Shown one piece after another: positions 23,384 to 38,400 of a stretch of 64,000 nt of DNA. This DNA comes from Paraphysomonas bandaiensis (taxonomy: Eukaryota > Protista > Chrysophyceae). The stretch spans positions 62,001 through 126,000 of the forward strand of contig CBFFRP010000616.1 of NCBI GenBank assembly GCA_965644295.1. Direction: 5' to 3'. A model generated the notes under the pieces. That model saw only the letters and a program-made list of their open reading frames with translations, was not told the DNA's origin and searched no databases. Made by a program: the position numbers and the translations under genes. Each line of letters starts with the position of its first letter. Within the stretch, counting starts at the first letter, position 1.

Positions 23384-26300
23384 TAGTTATGGATATGATT
23401 GTGTGAGTACAGTATAGTTGTATTGTTGCTTCTAATATGTAGGATATGTAGCTGTATTTGATATGCATATATAGTCCCGTAGTAGAAACATTCACATCAT
23501 TATGTATACAAAGGACAATTTATTGGAAAGTGAATAGATATTTCCTCATGATGGGCCATTGACGAAGGAGGACCATAGAGGGCGGCGTGTAGAACATATC
23601 TTGGAAATGTCCTGAAGTCAGGCCCAAATGTATTCTTTGTATTTATAGCTGTATTATTGGATTATACAGCAGTGTATATGATGGTGTGGTAGTCTACCGT
23701 ATGACCACTTGGTAGTTATACTCCCCTCACTACAACCGTATACCTACAAACCTGGTAAATCGGGGCCCCCACAAACCAAAAAACAGTCCCATATGACCGT
23801 CAAAAAACCACCTTAACAAACACTAATTCCTTCAATAACTACACACCCAATCAACTAACACACACAACGCCATGTCCCTCGTATGCACGAGTGTTCATAT
23901 CATAAGGACACCTCTCCGCTCATCCATACTACTGCTGCTTTCAACCAGCAATATGAGGTGAACAACTGTATCTGCAGTGTTCCTGGTGTCCATCCGCTGT
24001 GCTCCGTAAAGCCTTCATTTACACTTTACACTGGTAAGAATGGAGATAATTAGAGACATTGACTCTATGTGATGTGGTGTGTGTTTTCATATGAAGGATC
24101 GGGAATCTTAATGCTCTGTCTATAATGTATATATTATATATATGGCCTCATACTAGCGGACTGATTCCTTATGCCATAGAGTGACTCTGGGTAGAGAATC
24201 TACATCGAAGATTATTTACTTTCCTCCAATACAGCTTGAGTAATCTCTCTGGCTTGTTAAAAGTAACCTATTGGCGTAGGTTTGTTTCGTTACGTGCTCT
24301 ACGTGGAGTGTAGATATCACTCCACTATCGCCCTATAGGAATTGCCATTTGATCTCCCTGGCTTTTCCGGAACGCAACACCTCTCACAGAGATCACCACG
24401 TTTGCTTGATGACTACGTACCATGTACAGTAGGTTCACGATGCAACTTGTATTTATGTTAGTCCTGCCTTGTATAATATAGGTCCTTGACTGATTGTGTA
24501 ACGTTTCCGTGTGCCTTATATGTAATATCTAGTTAAGATAGTTTCATCCTGCCTTTGTTTGTATTTAGAAATCAGATATCCACAAATTGAAGAAGAAACG
24601 CACTATATTCTACCATATTATTATACCATTATTTGCTTCATACTGCAACACGTGTATTACATTACATACCACTGAGAGTATTAATGTACAATATAGTAGA
24701 AAAGCAAATGATCATTAAGTTAAAGAATAACTAGTCTATAAAGCAGGAAACGTTCTCTTCCGACGTTGTCCTAATATGTAAAACTTCGTGGAACTGTTAC
24801 TTACCCTGAGATTATTGTTTCGGGCATATCACCGGGACATACGAACATCAACATAGATGAACTGACCCATATCTGTCATTGGTCTGAAATAGTGAGTTTT
24901 TATCATGTGTAGTGATTAATAATAACGTAATAACTAATACACGCACACTACTATCTAATTGACGGTGTTTTTTCAATTAATCGAAGCAAGCTGTAGTAAA
25001 TTATAATTGCAATTATCAATTATGAGTAGCTGTTCCAATTTCAATTGTTGACAATTAATTAGTCAACGTTTATCACTGGTAGTGACTTGCAGTATTGTGA
25101 TAGTACTGTAAATAGTATAAACTGCAGTATTTAGGGGGTGTTGTGTCGGGAGAGTAGTCAGTTAATTCCGTGTAATCGCAGACCTCCGCTCCTATTATAT
25201 TGTTTCCGTCCGCAGTAATAGTCATACTAATTCTTTATTACCTTGACTACATACCACGTAGCGGCGACTGTGTGTCACTTAAAAGTGTGCCTAGTTAAGG
25301 TTTGTGAGTAAGCCGTATACTGAGTGTGTGCAGTTGCAAAGAGTAGAACATAGATTCACCCGACGCAACCGTCAACCCAATAGTTAACAAATCACAGATG
25401 CACTATTTATCCCGCGAAACAGAAGAGGAACATAATATGACTAGTGTGGCCTTTGTGGGCCGTACATCTTAAGGTAATCGTTTCGATGATAGTGAAAAAT
25501 CTTTCTACAGAGTTTTATTCGGCTTGATCTAGTTATTCGAGGTCGAGGAACTTATATGCCTTACAGTCTATGACAGGCACACATAGATAGCTCAATAGTG
25601 TCCCATACAGTTGATAGCATCTACCGGCTTTTCACAGATTTTTCCAGAAGGAATTGCAATACCAACCATGGGATGGGTTTGATACATACATGTAATGTCC
25701 AAGTCATTTCTCACATCATCTGCTACTCACAGTTATGATGTCAAAAGCTTCATATGACTGCTTCCCTCTCCATGTATGTTTAATCTTAATAGCATTGTCT
25801 AATGTCTGGATTTGTAGGTCTATGGAAGATTACAGCAGCGGCAGTACGTACATGGAGTATGCGCACCGAGCGGTGTGTGCAGTTTTGACAAAAAAAAGAG
25901 AGGTTGGATTGGCCACAGCATGCCCCGGTACACGGACAGATTGTGGAATATGAGAAGATGACGGTGTACCATACATACGGGCGTCGCTCCCGTCATACGG
26001 ATAGAACAAAATAATTTTTCTGTGGTATTTTTGAAGTTTGAATTGTAAAAAATTCTGCAACATAGTTATCCAATTAGATAGCAGTTTTCTATTAAAAATC
26101 AATTTTATTGGACATCACTCTCGACGAAACAATTCCGTTGTGGGCTCTAGAAGTGCTCAACGTAACAATTTTTGCACTGACGAGAAAGTGTGTCTCTTCA
26201 AGATACTTGCTGATTATTGAGCTGCGTTTTGCAAAGACTTCTGAGCCAAGACATATATATACGTATATAGAGGAGTATAGAGGAGCCTGTGTGTGAGGAA

Positions 26301-26397
26301 TCCTATAGCTATCATATTCATAGTAGTTTAATATTAGATAGTAGATATAGCTTATATTCAGTTGTAGATAGTAAACTTTTGTCATTTGTAGTTGAGA

Positions 26398-26487
26398 ATG
26401 ATTTGGGGTATAAACCCTGCAAGAAAGTTGATGTTATATATATATATATTCACTGCATTGGGTGTATTATGTGGAAACGCTCTTGGC
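26398..26487 (+). other. Predicted signal peptide
   Basis: MIWGINPARKLMLYIYIFTALGVLCGNALG|DD: basic n-region, hydrophobic core and an A-x-G cleavage site. An alternative ATG lies at 26431. Confidence 0.7.
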
Positions 26488-29400
26488 GATGACTTGCAGT
26501 GTGCCGCATACTCCTCACAAGATGCGGATGACATTTGGTAATTATATTGTGTTAATGATAACATATTTAAGTCTTGCTATAGGGATGCTCTTGGACGATG
26601 TCCAGCATGCACTGCTTTCGAGAAATGCGGTTTCTGCCTATCCACGTTACAGTGTGTTGAGGGCACCAATTCTGGACCGTTGGATGAATCTCCGTGTCCG
26701 TCATGGTCTTTTTCTGGTGAAGAGTGTCCAGGTACGTTGTAACTGAGTTGGGAGTGCATATATAACACTGCATTATAGATATTCCTCACTGCGAAGACTA
26801 CGTCGACTGCGGCTCTTGTGCTCGCATGGAGGCATGTGCATGGTGTGCTTCTGAGAACCTTTGCACTACTATTTCGGATGCATTCTCCAAAGATTGCGGT
26901 GGCCTTGTCTTTGAGCCGCCTTGTCCAGACACTTATGTCGCTGGTAAAAAATATGTGCATACGAACTGACGATATTTGACTACTGCGATGTAGAAAATGT
27001 CATCGTCGGAAATCTTGTCGTTAAGGCTGACCCATCATTCGGTGGTGGTGAACTGAATATTTCAGGTAGTGCTGTATTAAATATCCTGTTGTCTTTATAT
27101 TTACAATGTATACTAGGATCCAAGATTGTACGTGACGAGTATATTCAGTTCCGCATGATTTTGAATTCCTCTAACTTTGAGGTTCAATCTGGTGGAGAAA
27201 TCGACATCCTGTCTGGTAACCAGTCGTCTTACAATGGCATCGGTGGTGATTTGTCTCTTTCTGCTGGCTCTGGCATAAACCCTCAAGGCGGAAGCGGTGG
27301 TTCTGTATCGCTGAAAGCTGGAGACGGTTTTGGTGAAGAGCAGTACGGCGCCGAATCTGGTGTTGGCGGGGCTGTTAGCATTACTGCTGGTGAAGCCATT
27401 GAAGGGACCGGAGGAAATGTTGAAGTTAAGGCTGGCCGTTCAAATCGGGGTAGTGGTGGTGATCTATCACTATTCTCGGGATCTTCCGATGAGGCAAACA
27501 GTGGTTCCGTTACCCTCCTCACCGGGTCATCTGTGGCCGGTCACAGTGGAGGGGCCCACTTCGGCACTGGAGACTCGGATGGCAAATCCGGCAGTGTCTC
27601 TATTCGCACTGGTTTCAGCAGTAATTCTAATGCTGGTAGTGTGACCATTGCTGCTGGGACTTCATCTCTAGGCATCGGTGGCGTCGTGACATTACTTGGA
27701 GGTGATGCGGAGAGAGAGCGTGGTGGAGCTGTTAGGATAGCATCCGGGAAGTCTGGAGAAGGCTTTACATCTGGGACTGTTGAAGTCTTCTCCGCTGATG
27801 GGGCCAGCCTTGGAAAGTCTGGTGATGTTCGCCTGAAGACAGGAACCTCACAGAGTGGAGGGTCCGGTGCAATGTCTCTTGCCACTGGAAATGTCGCGAA
27901 GGAGGGCATGGCTGGTAATATCGTGCTCAGTGTGGGTCATAGTAGATACCATACAGGTGGTGCTGTGGATATTACTGGGGGAGACAGCTCTATGACTGAC
28001 CCAAGCGCAGCCACTATAGGGGGGGGGGTGTCCCTCACAGGTGGCTCAGGCTCCACTATTGGCGGTGATGTCCACCTCATGGGCGGTCGTACCACTAGCT
28101 CTACCTCAGAAAGAGGCGGCTCTGTATCAATCACTGGCGGCGACTCTGTCTCCCTGGGTGGTGGTATCGACCTCATCTCTGGAGGATCTTCGGTAGGTTA
28201 TTCTGGTTCAATTCGTGTACTCAGTGCAGGCAACGCCGGCTTGGATTCTACATCTTCCAGTGGAGATGTGGTGATTGGTACTGGCAGAACTGTATCTAGT
28301 GCTGCCACTGGGGCTGTATCCATCAGCAGTGGATCTGCAGAAGGTACTGGCGAGGTTGGTACTATTACCCTGCAGTCTGGCGCTGCTGCGAGTTCTGTTG
28401 GAGGACAAGTGGATATCATAGGAGGCATGGCATTGGGTTCTTCCTCTGGTGGGTCGACTGTGATTTCCTCAGGTGAGGCAGCTGCAGGCCCTACAGGCTC
28501 TGTTTTCCTGTCAACAGCCTCTTCCACGCGTACCACGGGCGAATTGGCCATGACTTCAGGGCACTCTACCAGTGAAAATTCTGGGCAGCTGACGTTGTCT
28601 ACCGGGGAATCATTAGACATGAGCAGTGGAGACATCGTGCTGACCACTGGGGACTCGAAGGCGGCTGCGGGCGACATATCTATTGTCGGCGGTGTCTCTG
28701 ACTCTCACGGAGGTGATATTCTACTAAGCGGTGGCCAAGGACGAAATACAGGTGGTTCCATCATTCTCTCCGCTGGACCGTCACCAACTGGAACACTTGG
28801 AAATGTTGAGGTCAAGGGCGGCTCTTTCTCGGTTGTGGGAGGTGCAACAGAAGATGTGGATGGTAGTGACATCAGTTTGCTGTCTGGAAGTAGCAACATT
28901 GCGGGATCTGGATCACTCCATCTTGCGACTGCAAACTCCTCTGCATATGGCCCAAGTGGTACTGTTAACATTGAGACTGGGTCTTCTGCCAAAGCTGGTA
29001 CCGGCTCAATTGTACTCCAAACTGGTGACGCTGCTGAGACAGCTGGGTCTGTTGCTCTCAGTGCAGGGTCTAGCGCTGTTGGTGATGGAGCTACTGTTTC
29101 ATTACGCAGTGGAGACTCCTCTGCAAGCTGGGCACGCGGAGGTGATTTTATTGCTCGTGCGGGCGATGGTACCAGTTCTGATAAAGGTGGAGATGGAGGG
29201 AATATAATCGTGCAAGCTGGATCTGCATTCGGAAGAGGTCCAAGTGATGCTGGAGGCAGTGTTGAGGTCATTGGGGGTGACTCTATGGTCGGTCCTTCTG
29301 GTTCCGTATCCATCAGTAGTGGTGGCAGCGTCCAAGGCTCCAGCGGAAATATCGAGATGATTACTAAAGATGCTGGTGTATCAGGTGTCAGCGGTCATGC

Positions 29401-32400
29401 TTCTATCGCAACTGGAATTTCATCGGGTGGTACGTCGGGCACAGTGACCGTCGTGACGGGGGCTGCTATAGATGGCTCAGCGGGTGATATAAAGTTCACA
29501 GTAGGTACTGGCGACAACGGTGATGGTGGCGATATTGCCATAGAGTCAGGACGCACCACTGCAAGTGCCCATAGTGGAGGAGAGATCAGCATTGTTGGTG
29601 GCGAAGGCTCCAGCAGTCACCTCACTGATGGTGGTAATGGCGGGGATGTATCCGTCGTTGGTGGAAGTGGTAAAGGCCCATCCGGAAACGATGATGGTGG
29701 CGATGTCAATGTCTTTGGAGGTTCTGCCTATGGCGGATATGGCGGGGATGTACACGTTCAATCCGGAGCAGGTACCTTGACCTCATCAGGCTCTGTCACC
29801 ATTGCTACCTCTGATGCGGGCGCTGCTGGTACATCTGGTACTGTATCTATCCAATCTGGCACTACAAGCTTTGGAGACTCTGGACATCTTCGTCTCCACA
29901 GTGGTCAAGCGAATTCTGGGCGAGGTGGATATATAGAGCTAAGTGTCGGAGATGGCAATTCTGGTGAAGGTGGACATGTAAGCATTCAAGCTGGAGCAAC
30001 TAGTGACGAACTAGGTGCAACAGGAGGGTTTATATCTATTTCTTCTGGTGCAAGTACTGAAACGTCTTCTGGACTCATTCAGCTGAAGACTGCCAACTCA
30101 GGTGCATTTGGGGTGTCAGGTCAGGTTGAGCTCAAGACTGGTACGTCTGCCAACGGAAATTCTGGATCAGTTGCTGTTAGTACTGGAGTTGCTAAAAGTG
30201 GACGGGGTGGCGATATTCGCATGCTTGTTGGCCGCGGAAACTCCGGAGATGGAGGAGATGTGCTGCTATTCGCCGGGGAAACCGCAGCCTCGTCATCAAC
30301 TGGTGGCGACATTGTCCTAACTGCTGGTGAAGGGACTAGTCGGTCGTACATCAACGGCGGTAATGGTGGTAAGGTTCAGATCTTTGGTGGTGCAAGTCAA
30401 GGTGGAAACGAAGGAAATATTGGTGGCGATGTGGAGATATCTGGCGGCTATGCCAGAGGTGGCAGCGGTGGAAGTATTAGCGTTGTTTCTGGGAGGGGGG
30501 CGTCTACATCATCTGGAGATATTTCAGTAGTTACTGCCAATGCCGGCGAAGAAGGAATCAGTGGAAAGCTCTTGTTCTCGACAGGAACTTCTAGTGACGG
30601 AAACTCTGGAGGAGTTTTCATAAACACTGGTGATGCCGTTGGAGGGAGAGCTGGGTCGCTATCGATGACTGTTGGTTCTGGCAATTCTGGGCCAGGTGGA
30701 GATATAATGCTCTCGGCTGGGAAATCCACTGACAGCGCATCCGGGGGTTCTGTTTCCATTACCACAGGTGCATCTGCATCAACTTCATCCGGAGATGTTA
30801 ACTTGATGACCGCTGATGCGGGCCAGCGCGGCGTTAGTGGATCTTTGCGAATGTCTACTGGAGCATCAACTGCAGGCAACAGCGGGAAGTTCTCTCTTGC
30901 AACTGGGAAGGCAAATTCTGGAGTCGGGGGTAACATTGAGTTGCTCGTTGGATCCGGTAACCTATTTGACGGTGGTGACATTATCGCTATCGCCGGTGAA
31001 AGCTCCGCGTCTGGACGTGAAGGTGGTGATGTTCTTATTTCTGGTGGTCTAGGAAGCAGTATAAGCAGGGACAATGGTGGAGATGGGGGAGATGTCACTA
31101 TTCTCGGTGGTGAGGGACTTGGTGGTAATTCTGCAACTGACACAGGTGGAAATATTTTTTTACGAGGCGGGAAATCTGCATCCTCGTCTGGGGGTTCTGT
31201 TGCAATATCATCAGGTTTTGGCTCCAAAACCTCCAGCGGATCATTTAGTCTAAGTACTGCTAATAGCGGCGTGTCTGGTGTCAGCGGGGCATTTGTGATG
31301 CAGACTGGCGAATCTCATATGGGTGACAGTGGGAGCATTTCAGTCGCATCAGGTAAAGCCACAAGTGGTCGTGGGGGTGATATTGATGTTTCTGTCGGAA
31401 CTGGTGATGATGAAATCGGTGGTGACGTTAGAATTAAAGCCGGTGACTCGACTGCTCGCTCTGGTCGTGGTGGAGATGTTGAAATTTCTGGTGGAGACGG
31501 ATCATTCTCGTACCCTACACTAGACGGTGGTGATGGTGGCTCAGTGTCCCTTTATGGTGGTACAGCTCGTGGTGCAACTGCTGCAGACTTGGGAGGTGAT
31601 ATCACCATATCTGGGGGAATGGCTTCAACCGGTACGGGTGGGTCCGTTTCCGTATTGACCGGTTTCAGCGTTTCCAGAAGTTCTGGTAGTCTCGTTTTAG
31701 GAACTGCGGATGCTGGTACATACGGTGTCTCTGGCACTGTCCAGCTAATATCTGGTACCTCTTCTGGTGGGAATTCAGGCGTCATAGTCATCTCATCTGG
31801 ATCTGCTGAGGAAGGTAGGGCTGGTGATATTTCTGTTGCGGTTGGAACTGGTAACTCAGGAGTTGGTGGGAATCTAACCCTATCTGCCGGTAGTACTTCT
31901 GCAGTGAATGGAGGAATTGGAGGTGATGTGATTATGTCTTCTGGTTTAAGTGAGCGTACCTCCAGTGGAAATATCGATATATCAACTCCCGATTCTGGCA
32001 TTGGTGGAGGTAGCGGTAATGTTGCTGTCCACACTGGTACCGCTGCACTAGACGATGCTGGAAGCATATCACTCATTGCCGGTGATAGTGCTCACTCGAG
32101 AGGTGGTGACGCTATTATTCAAAGTGGTGAGTCATCGACTGGTGATGGTGGCGATATTTATCTATCTGCTGGTCCCACATCATCTGCATCTCCTGGTGAT
32201 ACCGGAGGAAGTATAGTGCTCTCAGCTGGTGAAGGTATTGGTTCAACTGTTGGCACTGGCGGGAACATAAATATTCGCGCTGGTGACTCCCAAGGCCTTC
32301 AAACTGGTGCTGGAGGTGTTGTTACGATTGAGAGTGGTCACTCAACATCTCATAATGGGGGGGATATTTTTCTTACCTCCGGAGCGAGTCAAGGGGGCAC

Positions 32401-35400
32401 CAGTGGCGAAGTTATCATAGAAACGGCTCGTGCCGTATTCAACGGAAGCACTGGTGACTTGAAATTTCGCTCTGGCAGTTCTCCCCTTAAGGACTCTGGT
32501 AATCTAAGTATATCCACAGGCGTTTCACCTCAAGGAACTGCTGGTGATATTCACCTTTCCGTTGGTGGAGGCGGTAGTGGCGTGGGTGGTGGAATAGTGA
32601 TTTCTGCAGGTACTCAACGTGGAGATGGGTCGACTGGTGGATCCGTATCAATTACTACTGGCGGCTCTTCTTCTCGTCGTAGTGGCAACGTGAACATCAA
32701 ATCGCAGGATGGCTCAGGATCTGCTGGAACTGGCTCTGTGTCTATAGGGTCTGGAAATACTTTATTTGACTCCACTGGTGCTCTTAACCTGTTAACTGGG
32801 ACCTCACAACATGGATCGGCAGGTGATATACGAATAACTGCTGGGACATCATTTAGTAGTTCCGGCGGTAATATAGTTCTTGGAGCTGGGAGGTCTGGAC
32901 CTCGAGCTGGTGGCTCGATTTCAATGGTAAGTGGTGAATCGGATTCTTCAGTGAGTGGGTCGGTGTCGATTTCGTCCGCTGCTTCCAATACAGAAGACAG
33001 TGGAAGTGTATCAATCAGCACTGGGTTTGCGCATAGGTCGTCTGGAAATATCACTATTGAAACGTCACCTTCATTGGAACAGGCAGGACATGTAAAGTTG
33101 TCTGCCGGGACTTCATCAGAGGGAGATGGTGGAGATGTTAGGTTGTTTGCAGGAAATTCTTCTGCGAACCTAGGTAATGCAGGCTCTTTGGTTCTGCATG
33201 CTGGTAATGGACACACATCTAATGATCAACCATTCGGGAGTATGGGTGGAAATATCATACTAAGAGGTGGCTCGTCTTCTTCTCAGACTGGTAGTTCTGG
33301 CAATGTGAATATTGATGGTGGTGCTGCGGAATACACAACGGGAGGTGCAATATCCGTTACCAGTGGAAAAGGGGATTTGCTGTCCAGTGGCAGCGTGGCG
33401 ATATCATCCAGCGATAATGACGCTGCAGGAGCGAGTGGCAATTTAGTTCTGAAGACTGGCCAATCACTGCAGGGGTCTTCTGGAGATCTTCACATTATGA
33501 CGGGAGATGCCCCAGCTGGAAATGGGGGAAGCATTACCGTCGCTGTTGGGCAGTCTTCTTCAACAAGTGGAGAAGTATCAGTCTCCGCAGGTTCATCACT
33601 GACTGAAGATGGTGGGAGTGTTAGTATTGCGTCTGGGCGAGCACTTTCTGAAACATCAGCGTCCGGTTATATCGACATCACGTCGCCCTCAGCTCCGAAG
33701 TCTGGTGGTTTGAGCATATCCACTGGCAGTTCATCTTTTCTGCAAAGTGGGTCCATCAATATCGCTACTGGTGACAGTGCTAGTGAATCAAGTGGTGATA
33801 TAGTTGTTTCTGTCGGGCACTCTGGTCAATCAGCGGGGAGTGATGTGATTGTGAATGCTGGAACATCTGTTGGTTCTCATTCTGGTGGAGATGTAGCGAT
33901 CAGTGCAGGCTCAGTAGTTAATCCATCACAAGGTGCTGGTGGAAGAGTATCACTAGAATCAGGAAGTGCAGATGCTGGTGGTGATATTGTACTTCAAAGT
34001 GGTAGTGGAATTCATCAAGTCGGTGGCTCTTTGGAATTGTCGTCGGGGGGATCTGTTTCTGGAGATGGTGGCTCTGTATCTATGCAGTCAGGAAGTGGAC
34101 TCAGCAGTGGTGATGTCATTATGCGATCTGGACAATCATCTGCAGGGGATAGTGGTAGTGTAGATGTCATGACTGGATCTTCGTCTTCAGGTTCAGCTGG
34201 TACAATTTCGTTGTCTGCTGGAGAGAGTGGAGTTGGTAACGGAGCTGATGTTTCTGTATCTGCTGGTGAGGCATTGACTGGTATTGGTGGTAGTTTGACT
34301 TTACGAAGCGGGGGAGGCAAGTCTGCGAGTGGGTCTGTTACCCTTTCGAGTTTTGACTCTTCTGGTGATGCGTCTTCGGGACCTATCCGCGTTGAGTCTG
34401 GTGCTTCTGCGATCGGTGTTTCTGGTGATGTGTCAGTGTCATCAGGTGATTCGAGTGCCGGTTCTGCGGGATCTGTATCTGTAAAGGCTGGTGTGTCTTC
34501 AGCTGGCACAGGATCTCCAGTTACGTTAGGTGCTGGTGATACGCTTGATGGTACTAGCCATGGTGGAGATGTGTCAATTGTGAGCGGCGCATCATCTGCT
34601 AATTCGGGCTCTATGGATTTACATACACCTGTCTCGACTACTTCTAGTGGCGGTATTGACATATCTACTGGTAGTAGCGGTTCTGAAGTCTCAGGCGACA
34701 TATCTATCTCAGTTGGTTCTTCTTCCGATGGTGTTAGCGGCGACATTGCAGTTGTAGTTGGATCTGGCCGAACTCAGGGTGGGGATGTGACTATATCAGC
34801 AGGATCTGTTGAAGGTCTGACTGGAGATGCTGGTGACATAGTACTATCAGGTGGAGATGCGGCAGTAGGTCAATCGACAGGTGGATCAGTATCTGTAACA
34901 GGGGGCTCAAGCTCTGGTGGCTCTGGAGGCTCTTTGGAATTGTCGTCGGGGGGATCTGTTTCTGGAGATAGTGGCTCTGTATCTATGCAGTCAGGAAGTG
35001 GACTCAGCAGTGGTGATGTCATTATGCGATCTGGACAATCATCTGCAGGGGATAGTGGTAGTGTAGATGTCATGACTGGATCTTCGTCTTCAGGTTCAGC
35101 TGGTACAATTTCGTTGTCTGCTGGAGAGAGTGGAGTTGGTAACGGAGCTGATGTTTCTGTATCTGCTGGTGAGGCATTGACTGGTATTGGTGGTAGTTTG
35201 ACTTTACGAAGCGGGGGAGGCAAGTCTGCGAGTGGGTCTGTTACCCTTTCGAGTTTTGACTCTTCTGGTGATGCGTCTTCGGGACCTATCCGCGTTGAGT
35301 CTGGTGCTTCTGCGATCGGTGTTTCTGGTGATGTGTCAGTGTCATCAGGTGATTCGAGTGCCGGTTCTGCGGGATCTGTATCTGTAAAGGCTGGTGTGTC

Positions 35401-38400
35401 TTCAGCTGGCACAGGATCTCCAGTTACGTTAGGTGCTGGTGATACGCTTGATGGTACTAGCCATGGTGGAGATGTGTCAATTGTGAGCGGCGCATCATCT
35501 GCTAATTCGGGCTCTATGGATTTACATACACCTGTCTCGACTACTTCTAGTGGCGGTATTGACATATCTACTGGTAGTAGCGGTTCTGAAGTCTCAGGCG
35601 ACATATCTATCTCAGTTGGTTCTTCTTCCGATGGTGTTAGCGGCGACATTGCAGTTGTAGTTGGATCTGGCCGAACTCAGGGTGGGGATGTGACTATATC
35701 AGCAGGATCTGTTGAAGGTCTGACTGGAGATGCTGGTGACATAGTACTATCAGGTGGAGATGCGGCAGTAGGTCAATCGACAGGTGGATCAGTATCTGTA
35801 ACAGGGGGCTCAAGCTCTGGTGGCTCTGGAGGCTCTTTGGAATTGTCGTCGGGGGGATCTGTTTCTGGAGATAGTGGCTCTGTATCTATGCAGTCAGGAA
35901 GTGGACTCAGCAGTGGTGATGTCATTATGCGATCTGGACAATCATCTGCAGGGGATAGTGGTAGTGTAGATGTCATGACTGGATCTTCGTCTTCAGGTTC
36001 AGCTGGTACAATTTCGTTGTCTGCTGGAGAGAGTGGAGTTGGTAACGGAGCTGATGTTTCTGTATCTGCTGGTGATTCTGTTAATGGTGTTGGAGGCAGT
36101 GTTCTTCTCTCAGGAGGAAGATCGTTGAGTAAGAGTGGAAATATCATCTTAGAGTCTCTTCCTTCTGTGGAAAGTGGTACTGTTTATCTTTCTACAGGAT
36201 CGTCCACAAAGATATCTGGAGCAGTTGATATCACAACAGGATCAAGCTTACATAAAGCAGGATCTGTAGCTGTCACGGCGGGAGAGAGTGGAGTTGGTAA
36301 CGGAGCTGATGTTTCTGTATCTGCTGGTGAGGCATTGACTGGTATTGGTGGTAGTTTGACTTTACGAAGCGGGGGAGGCAAGTCTGCGAGTGGGTCTGTT
36401 ACCCTTTCGAGTTTTGACTCTTCTGGTGATGCGTCTTCGGGACCTATCCGCGTTGAGTCTGGTGCTTCTGCGATCGGTGTTTCTGGTGATGTGTCAGTGT
36501 CATCAGGTGATTCGAGTGCCGGTTCTGCGGGATCTGTATCTGTAAAGGCTGGTGTGTCTTCAGCTGGCACAGGATCTCCAGTTACGTTAGGTGCTGGTGA
36601 TACGCTTGATGGTACTAGCCATGGTGGAGATGTGTCAATTGTGAGCGGCGCATCATCTGCTAATTCGGGCTCTATGGATTTACATACACCTGTCTCGACT
36701 ACTTCTAGTGGCGGTATTGACATATCTACTGGTAGTAGCGGTTCTGAAGTCTCAGGCGACATATCTATCTCAGTTGGTTCTTCTTCCGATGGTGTTAGCG
36801 GCGACATTGCAGTTGTAGTTGGATCTGGCCGAACTCAGGGTGGGGATGTGACTATATCAGCAGGATCTGTTGAAGGTCTGACTGGAGATGCTGGTGACAT
36901 AGTACTATCAGGTGGAGATGCGGCAGTAGGTCAATCGACAGGTGGATCAGTATCTGTAACAGGGGGCTCAAGCTCTGGTGGCTCTGGAGGCTCTTTGGAA
37001 TTGTCGTCGGGGGGATCTGTTTCTGGAGATAGTGGCTCTGTATCTATGCAGTCAGGAAGTGGACTCAGCAGTGGTGATGTCATTATGCGATCTGGACAAT
37101 CATCTGCAGGGGATAGTGGTAGTGTAGATGTCATGACTGGATCTTCGTCTTCAGGTTCAGCTGGTACAATTTCGTTGTCTGCTGGAGAGAGTGGAGTTGG
37201 TAACGGAGCTGATGTTTCTGTATCTGCTGGTGAGGCATTGACTGGTATTGGTGGTAGTTTGACTTTACGAAGCGGGGAAGGCAAGTCTGCGAGTGGGTCT
37301 GTTACCCTTTCGAGTTTTGACTCTTCTGGTGATGCGTCTTCGGGACCTATCCGCGTTGAGTCTGGTGCTTCTGCGATCGGTGTTTCTGGTGATGTGTCAG
37401 TGTCATCAGGTGATTCGAGTGCCGGTTCTGCGGGATCTGTATCTGTAAAGGCTGGTGTGTCTGCAAACGATAAGGGAGGCTATGTTGATATAATGGGTGG
37501 TTATGGAACTGTACAAGGTGGTGGTGTTAATGTGGTTGCTGGTAATGCTGGTATGAATACTGGGTCTGTTACTGTGTTAACTTCCTCTAGCATATCTTCT
37601 GGAGAAATCAGTCTCTCTACAGGATCTTCACAAGTTTTATCTGGAGATATTTCTCTTTCCTCTGGTAATGCAATATTTGAATCTGCTGTGAAATCAGGCA
37701 ACATTGCACTTGCCACTGGTACCTCAGCGAAGGACTCTGGTGAAGTATCAATTTTTACTGGTCATGCACAATCTGGTCTAGGCGGAACTGTTGCTATAAG
37801 TGCAGGTTCTGGTTATAGAGGCGGTTCAGTTGATATTGCTACTGGAGCGAGCATTGATCACTTATTTGCACCAGAGATGAAGTTGTCTTCTGAATCAAGT
37901 TCGTCAGACACAGGTGCATTGCTTTTTGAGACAGGATCATCTGATGTCGGTTCTGCGGGTGATATCAGTATTGCTGTCGGTAGATCTTTCACAGGTGGTG
38001 GAGACATTAGTTTATTAGCGGGGGCAAGTACTGATTCTAATGGAGGATCTGTTGTAATCGATAGTGGATTTGGCCCCTCTGCCAGTGGCTCTGTACAAAT
38101 TTCAACTGGATCATCATCTGTATCTGGTGACATTTTGTTTGTATCTGGAGCTGCAGAAGCAGCCTCGGGGAACATAGAAGTTAGGACTGGCAGTGGAGGT
38201 GTATCAGGATCTATATCTCTATTAACAGGTGATGATGTTAACGGGAAAGGAAGCGTCATTTCCTTGGCTGCCGGGTCGACTGGTAGCAGTATGGATCTTG
38301 GAAGTAAAGTATCTGTCTTTGGCTCAGAAAGTATTCGCATGGAAACAAAAAGGGGTGATTCCAGTGGAGATATCACTCTCCAGACCGGTGAAGCCGCTAC

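Noticed and set aside
23400-26390. Short ORFs and an Sm-site-like AATTTTT near 26010
   Set aside because: I found no coherent exon chain, recognisable motif or RNA structure that I can support; treated as intergenic or decayed sequence.
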